A stretch of DNA of 64,000 nucleotides from Squalus acanthias. Lineage: Eukaryota. The stretch lies in contig CM059433.1 in NCBI GenBank assembly GCA_030390025.1, forward strand, positions 20,276,001-20,340,000. The letters run 5' to 3'. The notes under the pieces are model-generated. The model searched no databases. It worked only from the letters and a program-made list of their open reading frames with translations, and had not been told where the DNA came from. Both the position numbers and the translations under genes were made by a program. Below are positions 12,171 to 26,000 of this stretch, in pieces; the first letter of the stretch is position 1; each line of letters opens with the position of its first letter.

Positions 12171-12627
12171 CAACAGCAACCTACATTTATATAGCGCCTT
12201 TAACATAATCAATCGTCCCAAGGTGATTCACAGCGTGTTATCAAACAAAATTTAACACCGAGCCACTTAAGGAGCTATTAGGACAGGTGACCAAAAGCTT
12301 GGTCAAAGAGTTAGGTTTTAAGGAGCATCTTAAAGGAGGAGAGAGAAGTAATGCTAAAGAATTCCGGGGATGTGTAGTTGTAATTATAAGAGTAATGAAT
12401 GCATTAATAAAGCTTTGCTGCCTCAATTGTTTAATTAGCTAATGTTTTAGAGGTAATGCTTAAATCGTGTAACACGGAGGGAATTCCAGAGCTTAGGGCT
12501 AGACGGCTGAAGACATCAATGATGGAGTGATGAAAATCAAGGATGCTCAAGTGACCAGAATTAGAGGAGCGCAGAAATTTCAGACAGTTGTAGGGCTGGA
12601 GGAGGTTACCGAGATAGGGAGGGAATT
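12171..12627 (-). mobile_element. L2 LINE 3' end fragment, interrupted by a 120-bp insert
   Basis: Minus-strand tail aaaggcgctatataaatg..gttg, the same as the L2 tail at 51450-51490. Confidence 0.75.
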
Positions 12628-14031
12628 TTATATATCAAAACATTGCGTAAAATATTCAAAATATGCTCTTGTTGCTAATGTCAACCTAAAAACTTGCAGC
12701 CAAGTTGGTTTTTGGGGCAAGATGATAAGTCCTATTGTTCTATTGCGACTAGGGGGCCATCTCAATCTGCTTTGCTGTATAAGATTCCCATTAACACCTC
12801 CACAATGCATCTACTGAAAATGAAACAGGATAATCATTGGGATGGAGCCTTCTCAAAATCAATGACAGCTTCACTGGATAGAAAGGCTTCCAGCTCTAAG
12901 ATAAGGAAACTGAGTTAGATAATTGCGGATAAAATGTCTAATTCTGCGTATTTTCTTTTTATTTTAGTGCAAAGTTTTGTTCCTCTAGTTTTCTACATTC
13001 TGTGTAGTTTCAGGTTAAAGTCAAAACTCCCTAAGCACTTGTCACAATGTTTGTGCGAATCAGGTATCAGTTTGTTCAACAGGGTGAAGAGTCCTGCATT
13101 GAAAAAAACAATTGACAACGTTTTAGATGGCGGAAGCCCAAAGTATGTGATTATTACATACGCACAAAACGATTCAGCCAGTGGTGATTATACAACTGCA
13201 ATTGGTCCGATTTACCGTTTGGGTGTGACGATAGTCTGGTGTCCTCCATTTGTGGCTGTACTGGAAAGCAGTACAAGCACAGTCCTTGACAGGTAAAGTA
13301 CATTTATTGAATAGATTGCCAGTTTCACCAAAGGTATTGGCGAAGGAGTTGCCAAAAGTGTGAGCCGTGCTCTCCCCACACAAGCCGACAGGTTGAGCAA
13401 ACAATGAAATATTGTTGTCACTCAGATCTGATAATTCACTTCAAAATTTGGTTCCTGAAAGTTCGGCAGTTGTGACATGCTTTTAGACAAAATCCTGTTG
13501 CTCAAAGTCCTATTGCGGTTCAATCGGAAAAATTTAATTGAACATGACACTTGAATCGATTATTGCTTAAAACCTCGAAGCTTAAGTGAGAGACGAATTT
13601 CGGATCTGATGCAATTTTAAGTTGATTTGGCTGGGTTTCCATTCACACTGGCACAGAATCTATTGTATAACTGCAGGCGATGTCAAATTCACTGTTAGTA
13701 TGATAAAACTTTTTGAACGTCATGCCACCTTTAAGTTTCTAATGTTGGAGAAGAATTAACTTTCCCGTCAGCTCTGCTCTTACATTAGAAGATTGCGGTG
13801 GTTAGTAGGGCTCTGCGCAAGTAAATGTGCACAGAGTTCTGCTTTCTCTGATTTTGACAGTGGGACAGAATAGCTTGGTGCGGTCAGCTCATGGGCTTTT
13901 TAAGCCAGTAGGTCTCGCAAACTGATAGCTGCGTTATAGTAACAGTGAAGTTACACTTAAATTCCGTAGATTAAGACACTGCATCACGGGTCCGAGTGAT
14001 TAATCAGATGCACTGCTCAAAAAATTTGAGG

Positions 14032-17000
14032 GCTGAAAGCAGATACAGGGCAATCCCAAGTACACTGCTCAAAGCAGGAACAGGGCAATCCCAGAAACAT
14101 TGCTCAAAGCAGGAACAGGGCAATCCCAGAAACACTGCTCAAAGCAGGAACAGGGCAATCCCAGAAACACTGCTCAAAGCAGGAACAGGGCAATCCCAGA
14201 AACACTGCTCAAAGCAGGAACAGGGCAATCCCAGAAACACTGCTCAAAGCAGGAACAGGGCAATCCCAGAAACACTGCTCAAAGCAGGAACAGGGCAATC
14301 CCAGAAACACTGCTCAAAGCAGGAACAGGGCAATCCAAAGTACACTGCTCAAAGCAGGAACAGGACAATCCCCAGTACACTGCTCAAAGCAGGAACAGGG
14401 TAATCCAAAGTACACTGCTCAAAGCAGGAACAGGGCAATCCCAGAAACACTGCTCAAAGCAGGAACAGGGCAATCCCAGAAACACTGCTCAAAGCAGGAA
14501 CAGGGCAATCCCAGAAACACTGCTCAAAGCAGGAACAGGGCAATCCCAGAAACACTGCTCAAAGCAGGAACAGGGCAATCCCAGAAACACTGTTCAAAGC
14601 AGGAACAGGGCAATCCCAGAAACACTGCTCAAAGCAGGAACAGGGCAATCCCAGAAACACTGCTCAAAGCAGGAACAGGGCAATCCCAGAAACACTGCTC
14701 AAAGCAGGAACAGGACAATCCCAGAAACACTGCTCAAAGCAGGAAGAGGGAATCCCAGAAACACTGCTCAAAGCAGGAACAGGGCAATCACAGAAACACT
14801 GCTCAAAGCAGGAACAGGGCAATCCCAGAAACACTGCTCAAAGCAGGAACAGGGCAATCCCAGAAACACTGCTCAAAGCAGGAACAGGGCAATCCCAGAA
14901 ACACTGCTCAAAGCAGGAACAGGACAATCCCAGAAACACTGCTCAAAGCAGGAAGAGGGAATCCCAGAAACAATGTTCAAAGCAGGAACAGGGCAATCCC
15001 AGAAACACTGCTCAAAGCAGGAACAGGGCAATCCCAGAAACACTGCTCAAAACAGGAACAGGGCAATCCCAGAAACACTGCTCAAAGCAGGAACAGGGCA
15101 ATCCCAGAAACACTGCTCAAAGCAGGAACAGGGCAAACCCAGAAAAACTGCTCAAAGCAGGAACAGGGCAATCCCAAAAACACTGCTGAAAGCAGGAACA
15201 GGGCAATCCCAGAAACACTGCACAAAGCAGGAACAGGGCAATCCCAGAAACACTGTTCAAAGCAGGAACAGGGAAATCCCAGAAACACTGCTCAAAGCAG
15301 GAAGAGGGAAATCCCAGAAACACTGTTCAAAGCAGGAAGAGGGAAATCCCAGAAACACTGTTCAAAGCAGGAACAGGGCAATCCCAAAAACACTGCTGAA
15401 AGCAGGAACAGGGCAATCCCAGAAACACTGCTCAAAGCAGGAACAGGGCAATCCCAGAAACACTGTTCAAAGCAGGAAGAGGGAAATCCCAGAAACATTG
15501 CTCAAAGCAGGAACAGGGAAATCCCAGAAACACTGCTCAAAGCAGGAAGAGGGAAATCCCAGAAACACTGTTCAAAGCAGGAAGAGGGAAATCCCAGAAA
15601 CATTGCTCAAAGCAGGAACAGGGCAATCCCAGAAACACTGCTCAAAGCAGGAACAGGGCAATCCCAGAAACACTGCTCAAAGCAGGAACAGGGCAATCCC
15701 AGAAACAGTGTTCAAAGCAGGAACAGGGCAATCCCAGAAACACTGCTCAAAGCAGGAACAGGGCAATCCCAGAAACACTGCTCAAAACAGGAAGAGGGAA
15801 ATCCCAGAAACACTGTTCAAAGCAGGAAGAGGGAAATCCCAGAAACATTGCTCAAAGCAGGAACAGGGAAATCCCAGAAACACTGCTCAAAGCAGGAAGA
15901 GGGAAATCCCAGAAACACTGTTCAAAGCAGGAAGAGGGAAATCCCAGAAACATTGCTCAAAGCAGGAACAGGGCAATCCCAGAAACAGTGTTCAAAGCAG
16001 GAACAGGGCAATCCCAGAAACACTGCTCAAAGCAGGAACAGGGCAATCCCAGAAACAGTGATGAAAGCAGGAACAGGGCAATCCCAGAAACATTGCTCAA
16101 AGCAGGAACAAGGCAATCCCAGAAACACTGCTCAAAGCAGGAACAGGGCAATCCCAGAAACACTGCTCAAAGCAGGAACAGGGTAATCCCAGAAACACTG
16201 CTCAAAGCAGGAACAGGGCAATCCCAGAAACACTGCTCAAAGCAGGAACAGGGCAATCCCAGAAACAGTGTTCAAAGCAGGAACAGGGCAATCCCAGAAA
16301 CAGTGATGAAAGCAGGAACGGGGCAATCCCAGAAACACTGCTCAAAGCAGGTACAGGGCAATCCCAGAAACAGTGTTCAAAGCAGGAACAGGGCAATCCC
16401 AGAAACAGTGTTCAAAGCAGGAACAGGGCAATCCCAGAAACAGTGTTCAAAGCAGGAACAGGGCAATCCCAGAAACACTGCTCAAAGCAGGAACAGGGCA
16501 ATCCCAGAAACATTGCTCAAAGCAGGAACAGGGCAATCCCAGAAACACTGCTCAAAGCAGGAACAGGGCGATCCCAGAAACACTGTTCAAAGCAGGAACA
16601 GGGCAATCCCAGAAACACTGCTCAAAGCAGGAACAGGGCAATCCCAGAAACACTGCTCAAAGCAGGAACAGGGCAATCCCAGAAACACTGCTCAAAGCAG
16701 GAACAGGGCAATCCCAGAAACACTGCTCAAAGCAGGAACAGGGAAATCCCAGATACACTGCTCAAAGCAGGAACAGGGCAATCCCAGAAACACTGTTCAA
16801 AGCAGGAACAGGGCAATCCCAGAAACACTGCTCAAAGCAGGAACAGGGCAATCCCAGAAACACTGTTCAAAGCAGGAACAGGGCAATCCCAGAAACACTG
16901 CTCAAAGCAGGAACAGGGCAATCCCAGAAACAGTGTTCAAAGCAGGAACAGGGCAATCCCAGAAATACTGCTCAAAGCAGGAACAGGGCAATCCCAGAAA

Positions 17001-20000
17001 CATTGCTCAAAGCAGGAACAGGGCAATCCCAGAAACACTGCTCAAAGCAGGAACAGGGCAATCCCAGAAACACTGCTCAAAGCAGGAACAGGGCAATCCC
17101 AGAAACAGTGATGAAAGCAGGAACGGGGCAATCCCAGAAACACTGCTCAAAGCAGGTACAGGGCAATCCCAGAAACAGTGTTCAAAGCAGGAACAGGGCA
17201 ATCCCAGAAACAGTGATGAAAGCAGGAACAGGGCAATCCCAGAAACACTGCTCAAAGCAGGAACAGGGCAATCCCAGAAACAGTGTTCAAAGCAGGAACA
17301 GGGCAATCCCAGAAACAGTGTTCAAAGCAGGAACAGGGCAATCCCAGAAACACTGCTCAAAGCAGGAACAGGGCAATCCCAGAAACACTGCTCAAAGCAG
17401 GAACAGGGCAATCCCAGAAACACTGCTCAAAGCAGAAAACGGGGCATTCCCAGAAACACTGCTCAAAGCAGGAAGAGGGAAATCCCAGAAACACTGCTCA
17501 AAGCAGGAACATGGCAATCCCAGAAACACTGCTCAAAGCAGGAAGCAGGGCAATCCCAGAAACACTGCTCAAAGCAGGAACAGGGCAATCCCAGAAACAC
17601 TGCTCAAAGCAGGAACAGGGCAATCCCAAAACACTGCTCAAAGCAGGAACAGGGCAATCCCAGAAACAGTGTTCAAAGCAGGAACAGGGCAATCCCACAA
17701 ACACTGCTCAAAGCAGGAACAGGGAAATCCCAGAAACACTGCTCAAAGCAGGAACAGGGCAATCCCAGAAACACTGCTCAAAGCAGGAACAGGGCAATCC
17801 CAGAAACACTGCTCAAAGCAGGAACAGGGCAATCCCAGAAACACTGCTCAAAGCAGGAACAGGGCAATCCCAGAAACAGTGTTCAAAGCAGGAACAGGGC
17901 AATCCCAGAAACACTGCTCAAAGCAGGAACAGGGCAATCCCAGAAACACTGCTCAAAGCAGGAACAGGGCAATCCCAGAAACAGTGTTCAAAGCAGGAAC
18001 AGGGCAATCCCAGAAACACTGCTCAAAGCAGGAACAGGGCAATCCCAGAAACAGTGATGAAAGCAGGAACAGGGCAATCCCAGAAACATTGCTCAAAGCA
18101 GGAACAAGGCAATCCCAGAAACACTGCTCAAAGCAGGAACAGGGCAATCCCAGAAACACTGCTCAAAGCAGGAACAGGGTAATCCCAGAAACACTGCTCA
18201 AAGCAGGAACAGGGCAATCCCAGAAACACTGCTCAAAGCAGGAACAGGGCAATCCCAGAAACACTGCTGAAAGCAGGAACAGGGCAATCCCAGAAACACT
18301 GCTCAAAGCAGGAACAGGGCAATCCCAGAAACACTGTTCAAAGCAGGAAGAGGGAAATCCCAGAAACATTGCTCAAAGCAGGAACAGGGAAATCCCAGAA
18401 ACACTGCTCAAAGCAGGAAGAGGGAAATCCCAGAAACACTGTTCAAAGCAGGAAGAGGGAAATCCCAGAAACATTGCTCAAAGCAGGAACAGGGCAATCC
18501 CAGAAACACTGCTCAAAGCAGGAACAGGGCAATCCCAGAAACACTGCTCAAAGCAGGAACAGGGCAATACCAGAAACAGTGTTCAAAGCAGGAACAGGGC
18601 AATCCCAGAAACACTGCTCAAAGCAGGAACAGGGCAATCCCAGAAACACTGCTCAAAAAAGGAAGAGGGAAATCCCAGAAACACTGTTCAAAGCAGGAAG
18701 AGGGAAATCCCAGAAACATTGCTCAAAGCAGGAACAGGGAAATCCCAGAAACACTGCTCAAAGCAGGAAGAGGGAAATCCCAGAAACACTGTTCAAAGCA
18801 GGAAGAGGGAAATCCCAGAAACATTGCTCAAAGCAGGAACAGGGCAATCCCAGAAACAGTGTTCAAAGCAGGAACAGGGCAATCCCAGAAACACTGCTCA
18901 AAGCAGGAACAGGGCAATCCCAGAAACAGTGATGAAAGCAGGAACAGGGCAATCCCAGAAACACTGCTCAAAGCAGGAACAGGCAATCCCAGAAACACTG
19001 CTCAAAGCAGGAACAGGGCAATCCCAGAAACACTGCTCAAAGCAGGAACAGGGTAATCCCAGAAACACTGCTCAAAGCAGGAACAGGGCAATCCCAGAAA
19101 CACTGCTCAAAGCAGGAACAGGGCAATCCCAGAAACAGCTGTTCAAAGCAGGAACAGGGCAATCCCAGAAACACTGCTCAAAGCAGGTACAGGGCAATCC
19201 CAGAAACAGTGTTCAAAGCAGGAACGGGGCAATCCCAGAAACACTGCTCAAAGCAGGTACAGGGCAATCCCAGAAACAGTGTTCAAAGCAGGAACAGGGC
19301 AATCCCAGAAACAGCTGTTCAAAGCAGGAACAGGGCAATCCCAGAAACAGTGTTCAAAGCAGGAACAGGGCAATCCCAGAAACACTGCTCAAAGCAGGAA
19401 CAGGGCAATCCCAGAAACATTGCTCAAAGCAGGAACAGGGCAATCCCAGAAACACTGCTCAAAGCAGGAACAGGGCGATCCCAGAAACACTGTTCAAAGC
19501 AGGAACAGGGCAATCCCAGAAACACTGCTCAAAGCAGGAACAGGGCAATCCCAGAAACACTGCTCAAAGCAGGAACAGGGCAATCCCAGAAACACTGCTC
19601 AAAGCAGGAACAGGGCAATCCCAGAAACACTGCTCAAAGCAGGAACAGGGAAATCCCAGATACACTGCTCAAAGCAGGAACAGGGCAATCCCAGAAACAC
19701 TGTTCAAAGCAGGAACAGGGCAATCCCAGAAACACTGCTCAAAGCAGGAACAGGGCAATCCCAGAAACACTGTTCAAAGCAGGAACAGGGCAATCCCAGA
19801 AACACTGCTCAAAGCAGGAACAGGGCAATCCCAGAAACAGTGTTCAAAGCAGGAACAGGGCAATCCCAGAAACACTGCTCAAAGCAGGAACAGGGCAATC
19901 CCAGAAACATTGCTCAAAGCAGGAACAGGGCAATCCCAGAAACACTGCTCAAAGCAGGAACAGGGCAATCCCAGAAACACTGCTCAAAGCAGGAACAGGG

Positions 20001-23000
20001 CAATCCCAGAAACACTGCTCAAAGCAGGAACAGGGGCAATCCCAGAAACACTGCTCAAAGCAGGAACAGGGCAATCCCAGAAACAGTGCTTCAAAGCAGG
20101 AACAGGGCAATCCCAGAAACAGTGATCAAAGCAGGAACAGGGCAATCCCAGAAACACTGCTCAAAGCAGGAACAGGGCAATCCCAGAAACAGTGTTCAAA
20201 GCAGGAACAGGGCAATCCCAGAAACACTGCTCAAAGCAGGAACAGGGCAATCCCAGAAACACTGCTCAAAGCAGGAACAGGGCAATCCCAGAAACACTGC
20301 TCAAAGCAGGAACAGGGCAATCCCAGAAACACTGCTCAAAGCAGGAACAGGGCAATCCCAGAAACACTGCTCAAAGCAGGAAGAGGGCAATCCCAGAAAC
20401 ACTGCTCAAAGCAGGAACAGGGCAATCCCAGAAACACTGCTCAAAGCAGGAAGAGGGAAATCCCAGAAACAATGCTCAAAGCAGGAACAGGGCAATCCCA
20501 GAAACACTGCACAAAGCAGGAACAGGGAAATCCCAAAAACACTGCTCAAAGCAGGAACAGGGCAATCCCAGAAACAGTGTTCAAAGCAGGAACAGGGCAA
20601 TCCCAAAAACACTGCTCAAAGCAGGAACAGGGCAATCCCAGAAACACTGCTCAAAGCAGGAACAGGGCAATCCCAGAAACACTGCTCAAAGCAGGAACAG
20701 GGCAATCCCAGAAACATTGCTCAAAGCAGGAACAGGGCAATCCCAGAAACACTGCTCAAAGCAGGAACAGGGCAATCCCAGAAACACTGTTCAAAGCAGG
20801 AACAGGGCAATCCCAGAAACACTGCTCAAAGCAGGAACAGGGCAATCCCAGAAACACTGCTCAAAACAGGAAGAGGGAATACCCAGAAACACTGTTCAAA
20901 GAAGGAAGAGGGAAATCCCAGACACATTGCTCAAAGCAGGAACAGGGAAATCCCAGAAACACTGCTCAAAGCAGGAACAGGGCAATCCCAGAAACACTGC
21001 TCAAAGCAGGAACAGGGCAATCCCAGAAACACTGCTCAAAGCAGGAACAGGGCAATCCCAGAAACAGTGCTCAAAGCAGGAACAGGGCAATCCCAGAAAC
21101 ACTGCTCAAAGCAGGAACAGGGCAATCCCAGAAACACTGCTCAAAGCAGGAACAGGGCAATCCCAGAAACACTGCTCAAAGCAGGAACAGGGCAATCCCA
21201 GAAACACTGCTCAAAGCAGGAACAGGGCAATCCCAGAAACACTGCTCAAAGCAGGAACAGGGCAATCCCAGAAACACTGCTCAAAGCAGGAACAGGGCAA
21301 TCCCAGAAACACTGCTCAAAGCAGGAACAGGGCAATCCCAGAAACACTGCTCAAAGCAGGAACAGGGCAATCCCAGAAACACTGCTCAAAGCAGGAACAG
21401 GGCAATCCCAGAAACACTGCTCAAAGCAGGAACAGGGCAATCCCAGAAACACTGTTCAAAGCAGGAACAGGGCAATCCCAGAAACAGTGTTCAAAGCAGG
21501 AACAGGGCAATCCCAGAAACAGTGTTCAAAGCAGGAACAGGGCAATCCCAGAAACACTGCTCAAAGCAGGAACAGGGCAATCCCAGAAACATTGCTCAAA
21601 GCAGGAACAGGGCAATCCCAGAAACACTGCTCAAAGCAGGAACAGGGCGATCCCAGAAACACTGTTCAAAGCAGGAACAGGGCAATCCCAGAAACACTGC
21701 TCAAAGCAGGAACAGGGCAATCCCAGAAACACTGCTCAAAGCAGGAACAGGGCAATCCCAGAAACACTGCTCAAAGCAGGAACAGGGCAATCCCAGAAAC
21801 ACTGCTCAAAGCAGGAACAGGGCAATCCCAGAAACACTGCTCAAAGCAGGAACAGGGCAATCCCAGAAACACTGCTCAAAGCAGGAACAGGGCAATCCCA
21901 GAAACACTGCTCAAAGCAGGAACAGGGCAATCCCAGAAACAGTGATGAAAGCAGGAACAGGGCAATCCCAGAAACACTGCTCAAAGCAGGAACAGGGCAA
22001 TCCCAGAAACAGTGTTCAAAGCAGGAACAGGGCAATCCCAGAAACAGTGCTGAAAGCAGGAACAGGGCAATCCCAGAAACACTGCTCAAAGCAGGAACAG
22101 GGCAATCCCAGAAACAGTGTCAAAGCAGGAACAGGGCAATCCCAGAAACAGTGTTCAAAGCAGGAACAGGGCAATCCCAGAAACACTGCTCAAAGCAGGA
22201 ACAGGGCAATCCCAGAAACACTGCTCAAAGCAGGAACAGGGCAATCCCAGAAACACTGCTCAAAGCAGAAAACGGGGCATTCCCAGAAACACTGCTCAAA
22301 GCAGGAAGAGGGAAATCCCAGAAACACTGCTCAAAGCAGGAACATGGCAATCCCAGAAACACTGCTCAAAGCAGGAAGAGGGAAATCCCAGAAACACTGC
22401 TCAAAGCAGGAACAGGGCAATCCCAGAAACACTGCACAAAGCAGGAACAGGGAAATCCCAAAAACACTGCTCAAAGCAGGAACAGGACAATCCCAGAAAC
22501 AGTGTTCAAAGCAGGAACAGGGCAATCCCAAAAACACTGCTCAAAGCAGGAACAGGGAAATCCCAGAAACACTGCTCAAAGCAGGAACAGGGCAATCCCA
22601 GAAACACTGCTCAAAGCAGGAACAGGGCAATCCCAGAAACATTGCTCAAAGCAGGAACAGGGCAATCCCAGAAACACTGCTCAAAGCAGGAACAGGGCAA
22701 TCCCAGAAACACTGCTCAAAGCAGGAACAGGGCAATCCCAGAAACACTGCTCAAAGCAGGAACAGGGCAATCCCAGAAACACTGCTCAAAGCAGGAATAG
22801 GGCAATCCCAGAAACACTGCTCAAAGCAGGAACAGGGCAATCCCAGAAACACTGCTGAAAGCAGGAACAGGGCAATCCCAGAAACACTGCTCAAAGCAGG
22901 AACAGGGCAATCCCAGAAACACTGCTCAAAGCAGGAACAGGGCAATCCCAGAAACACTGCTCAAAGCAGGAACAGGGCAATCCCAGAAACACTGCTCAAA

Positions 23001-26000
23001 GCAGGAACAGGGCAATCCCAGAAACACTGCTCAAAGCAGGAACAGGGCAATCCCAGAAACACTGCTCAAAGCAGGAACAGGGCAATCCCAGAAACACTGC
23101 TGAAAGCAGGAACAGGGCAATCCCAGAAACACTGCTCAAAGCAGGAACAGGGCAATCCCAGAAACACTGCTCAAAGCAGGAAGAGGGAATACCCAGAAAC
23201 ACTGCTCAAAGCAGGAACAGGGCAATCCCAGAAACACTGCTCAAAGCAGGAACAGGGCAATCCCAGAAACACTGCTCAAAGCAGGAACAGGGCAATCCCA
23301 GAAACACTGCTCAAAGCAGGAACAGGGCAATCCCAGAAACACTGCTCAAAGCAGGAACAGGGCAATCCCAGAAACACTGCTCAAAGCAGGAACAGGGCAA
23401 TCCCAGAAACATTGCTCAAAGCAGGAACAGGGCAATCCCAGAAACACTGCTCAAAGCAGGAACGGGGCAATCCCAGAAACACTGTTCAAAGCAGGAACAG
23501 GGCAATCCCAGAAACACTGCTCAAAGCAGGAACAGGGCAATCCCAGAAACAGTGTTCAAAGCAGGAACAGGGCAATCCCAGAAACACTGTTCAAAGCAGG
23601 AACAGGGCAATCCCAGAAACACTGCTCAAAGCAGGAACAGGGCAATCCCAGAAACACTGCTCAAAGCAGGAACAGGGCAATCCCAGAAACACTGTTCAAA
23701 GCAGGAACAGGGCAATCCCAGAAACACTGCTCAAAGCAGGAACAGGGCAATCCCAGAAACACTGCTCAAAGCAGGAACAGGGCAATCCCAGAAACATTGC
23801 TCAAAGCAGGAACAGGGAAATCCCAGAAACAATGTTCAAAGCAGGAACAGGGTGATCCCAGAAACACTGCTCAAAGCAGGAACGGGGCATTCCCAGAAAC
23901 ATGCTCAAAGCAGGAACAGGGCAATCCCAGAAACACTGCTCAAAGCAGGAACAGGGCAATCCCAGAAACACTGCTCAAAGCAGGAACAGGGCAATCCCAG
24001 AAACACTGTTCAAAGCAGGAACAGGGCAATCCCAGAAACACTGCTCAAAGCAGGAACAGGGCAATCCCAGAAACATTGCTCAAAGCAGGAACAGGGCAAT
24101 CCCAGAAACACTGCTCAAAGCAGGAACAGGGAAATCCCAGAAACACTGCTCAAAGCAGGAACAGGGCAATCCCAGAAACATTGCTCAAAGCAGGAACAGG
24201 GCAATCCCAGAAACACTGCTCAAAGCAGGAACAGGGCAATCCCAGAAACACTGTTCAAAGCAGGAACAGGGCAATCCCAGAAACACTGTTCAAAGCAGGA
24301 ACAGGGCAATCCCAGAAACACTGTTCAAAGCAGGAACAGGGTAATCCCAGAAACATTGCTCAAAGCAGGAACAGGGCAATCCCAGAAACACTGCTCAAAT
24401 CAGGAACAGGGCAATCCCAGAAACACTGCTCAAAGCAGGAACAGGGCAATCCCAGAAACACTGCTCAAAGCAGGAACAGGGCAATCCCAGAAACATTGCT
24501 CAAAGCAGGAACAGGGTCTTCCCAGAAACACTGCTGAAAGCAGGATCGGGGCAATCCCAGAAACACTGCTCAAAGCAGGAACAGGGCAATCCCAGAAACA
24601 CTGTTCAAAGCAGGAACACAGCAATCCCAGAAACACTGCTCAAAGCAGGAACAGGGCAATCCCAGAAACACTTATCAAAGCAGGAACAGGGCAATCCCAG
24701 AAACACTGCTCAAAGCAGGAACAGGGCAATCCCAGAAACAGTGTTCAAAGCAGGAAGAGGGAATACCCAGAAACACTGCTCAAAGCAGGAACAGGGCAAT
24801 CCCAGAAACACTGCTCAAAGCAGGAACAGGGCAATCCCAGAAACACTGCTCAAATCTGGAAGAGGGAATACCCAGAAACACTGCTCAAAGCAGGAACAGG
24901 GCAATCCCAGAAACACTGCTCAAAGCAGGAACAGGGAAATCCCAGAAACACTGCTCAAAGCAGGAAGAGGGAAATCCCAGAAACACTGCTCAAAGCAGAA
25001 AATGGGGCAATCCCAGAAACACTGCTCAAAGCAGGAACAGGGCAATCCCAGAAACAGTGTTCAAAGCAGGAACACGGCAATCCCAGAAACAGTGCTCAAA
25101 GCAGGAACAGGGCAATCCCAGAAACACTGTTCAAAGCAGGAACAGGGCAATCCCAGAAACACTGCTCAAAGCAGGAACAGGGCAATCCCAGAAACAGTGT
25201 TCAAAGCAGGAACAGGGCAATCCCAGAAACACTGCTCAAAGCAGGAACAGGGCAATCCCAGAAACACTGCTCAAAGCAGGAACAGGGCAATCCCAGAAAC
25301 ACTGCTCAAAGCAGGAACAGGGCAATCCCAGAAACACTGCTCAAAGCAGGAACAGGGCAATCCCAGAAACACTGCTCAAAGCAGGAACAGGGCAATCCCA
25401 GAAACACTGCTCAAAGCAGGAACAGGGCAATCCCAGAAACACTGCTCAAAGCAGGAACAGGGAAATCCCAGAAACACTGCTCAAAGCAGGAACAGGGCAA
25501 TCCCAGAAACACGTGCTCCAAACAGGAACAGGGAAATCCAGAAACACTGCTCAAAGCAGGAACAGGGAAATCCCAGAAACAGTGCTCAAAGCAGGAACAG
25601 GGCAAATCCAGAAACACTGCTCAAATCAGGAACAGGGAATCCCAGAAACACTGCTCAAAGCAGGAAAGGGCAAACCCAGAAACATTGCTCAAAGCAGGAA
25701 CAGGGCAATCCCAGAAACACTGCTCAAAGCAGGAACAGGGCAATCCCGAAACACTGTTTCAAAGCAGGAACAGGGCAATCCCAGAAACACTGCTCAAAGC
25801 AGGAACAGGGCAATCCCAGGAAACACTGTTCAAAGCAGGAACAGGGCAATCCCAGAAACACTGTTCAAAGCAGAGAACAGGGCAATCCCAGAAACACTGT
25901 TCAAAGCAGGAACAGGGGCAATCCCAGAAACACTGTTCAAAGCAGGAACAGGTCAATCCCAGAAACATTGCTCAAAGCAGGAACAGGGCAATCCAGAAAC

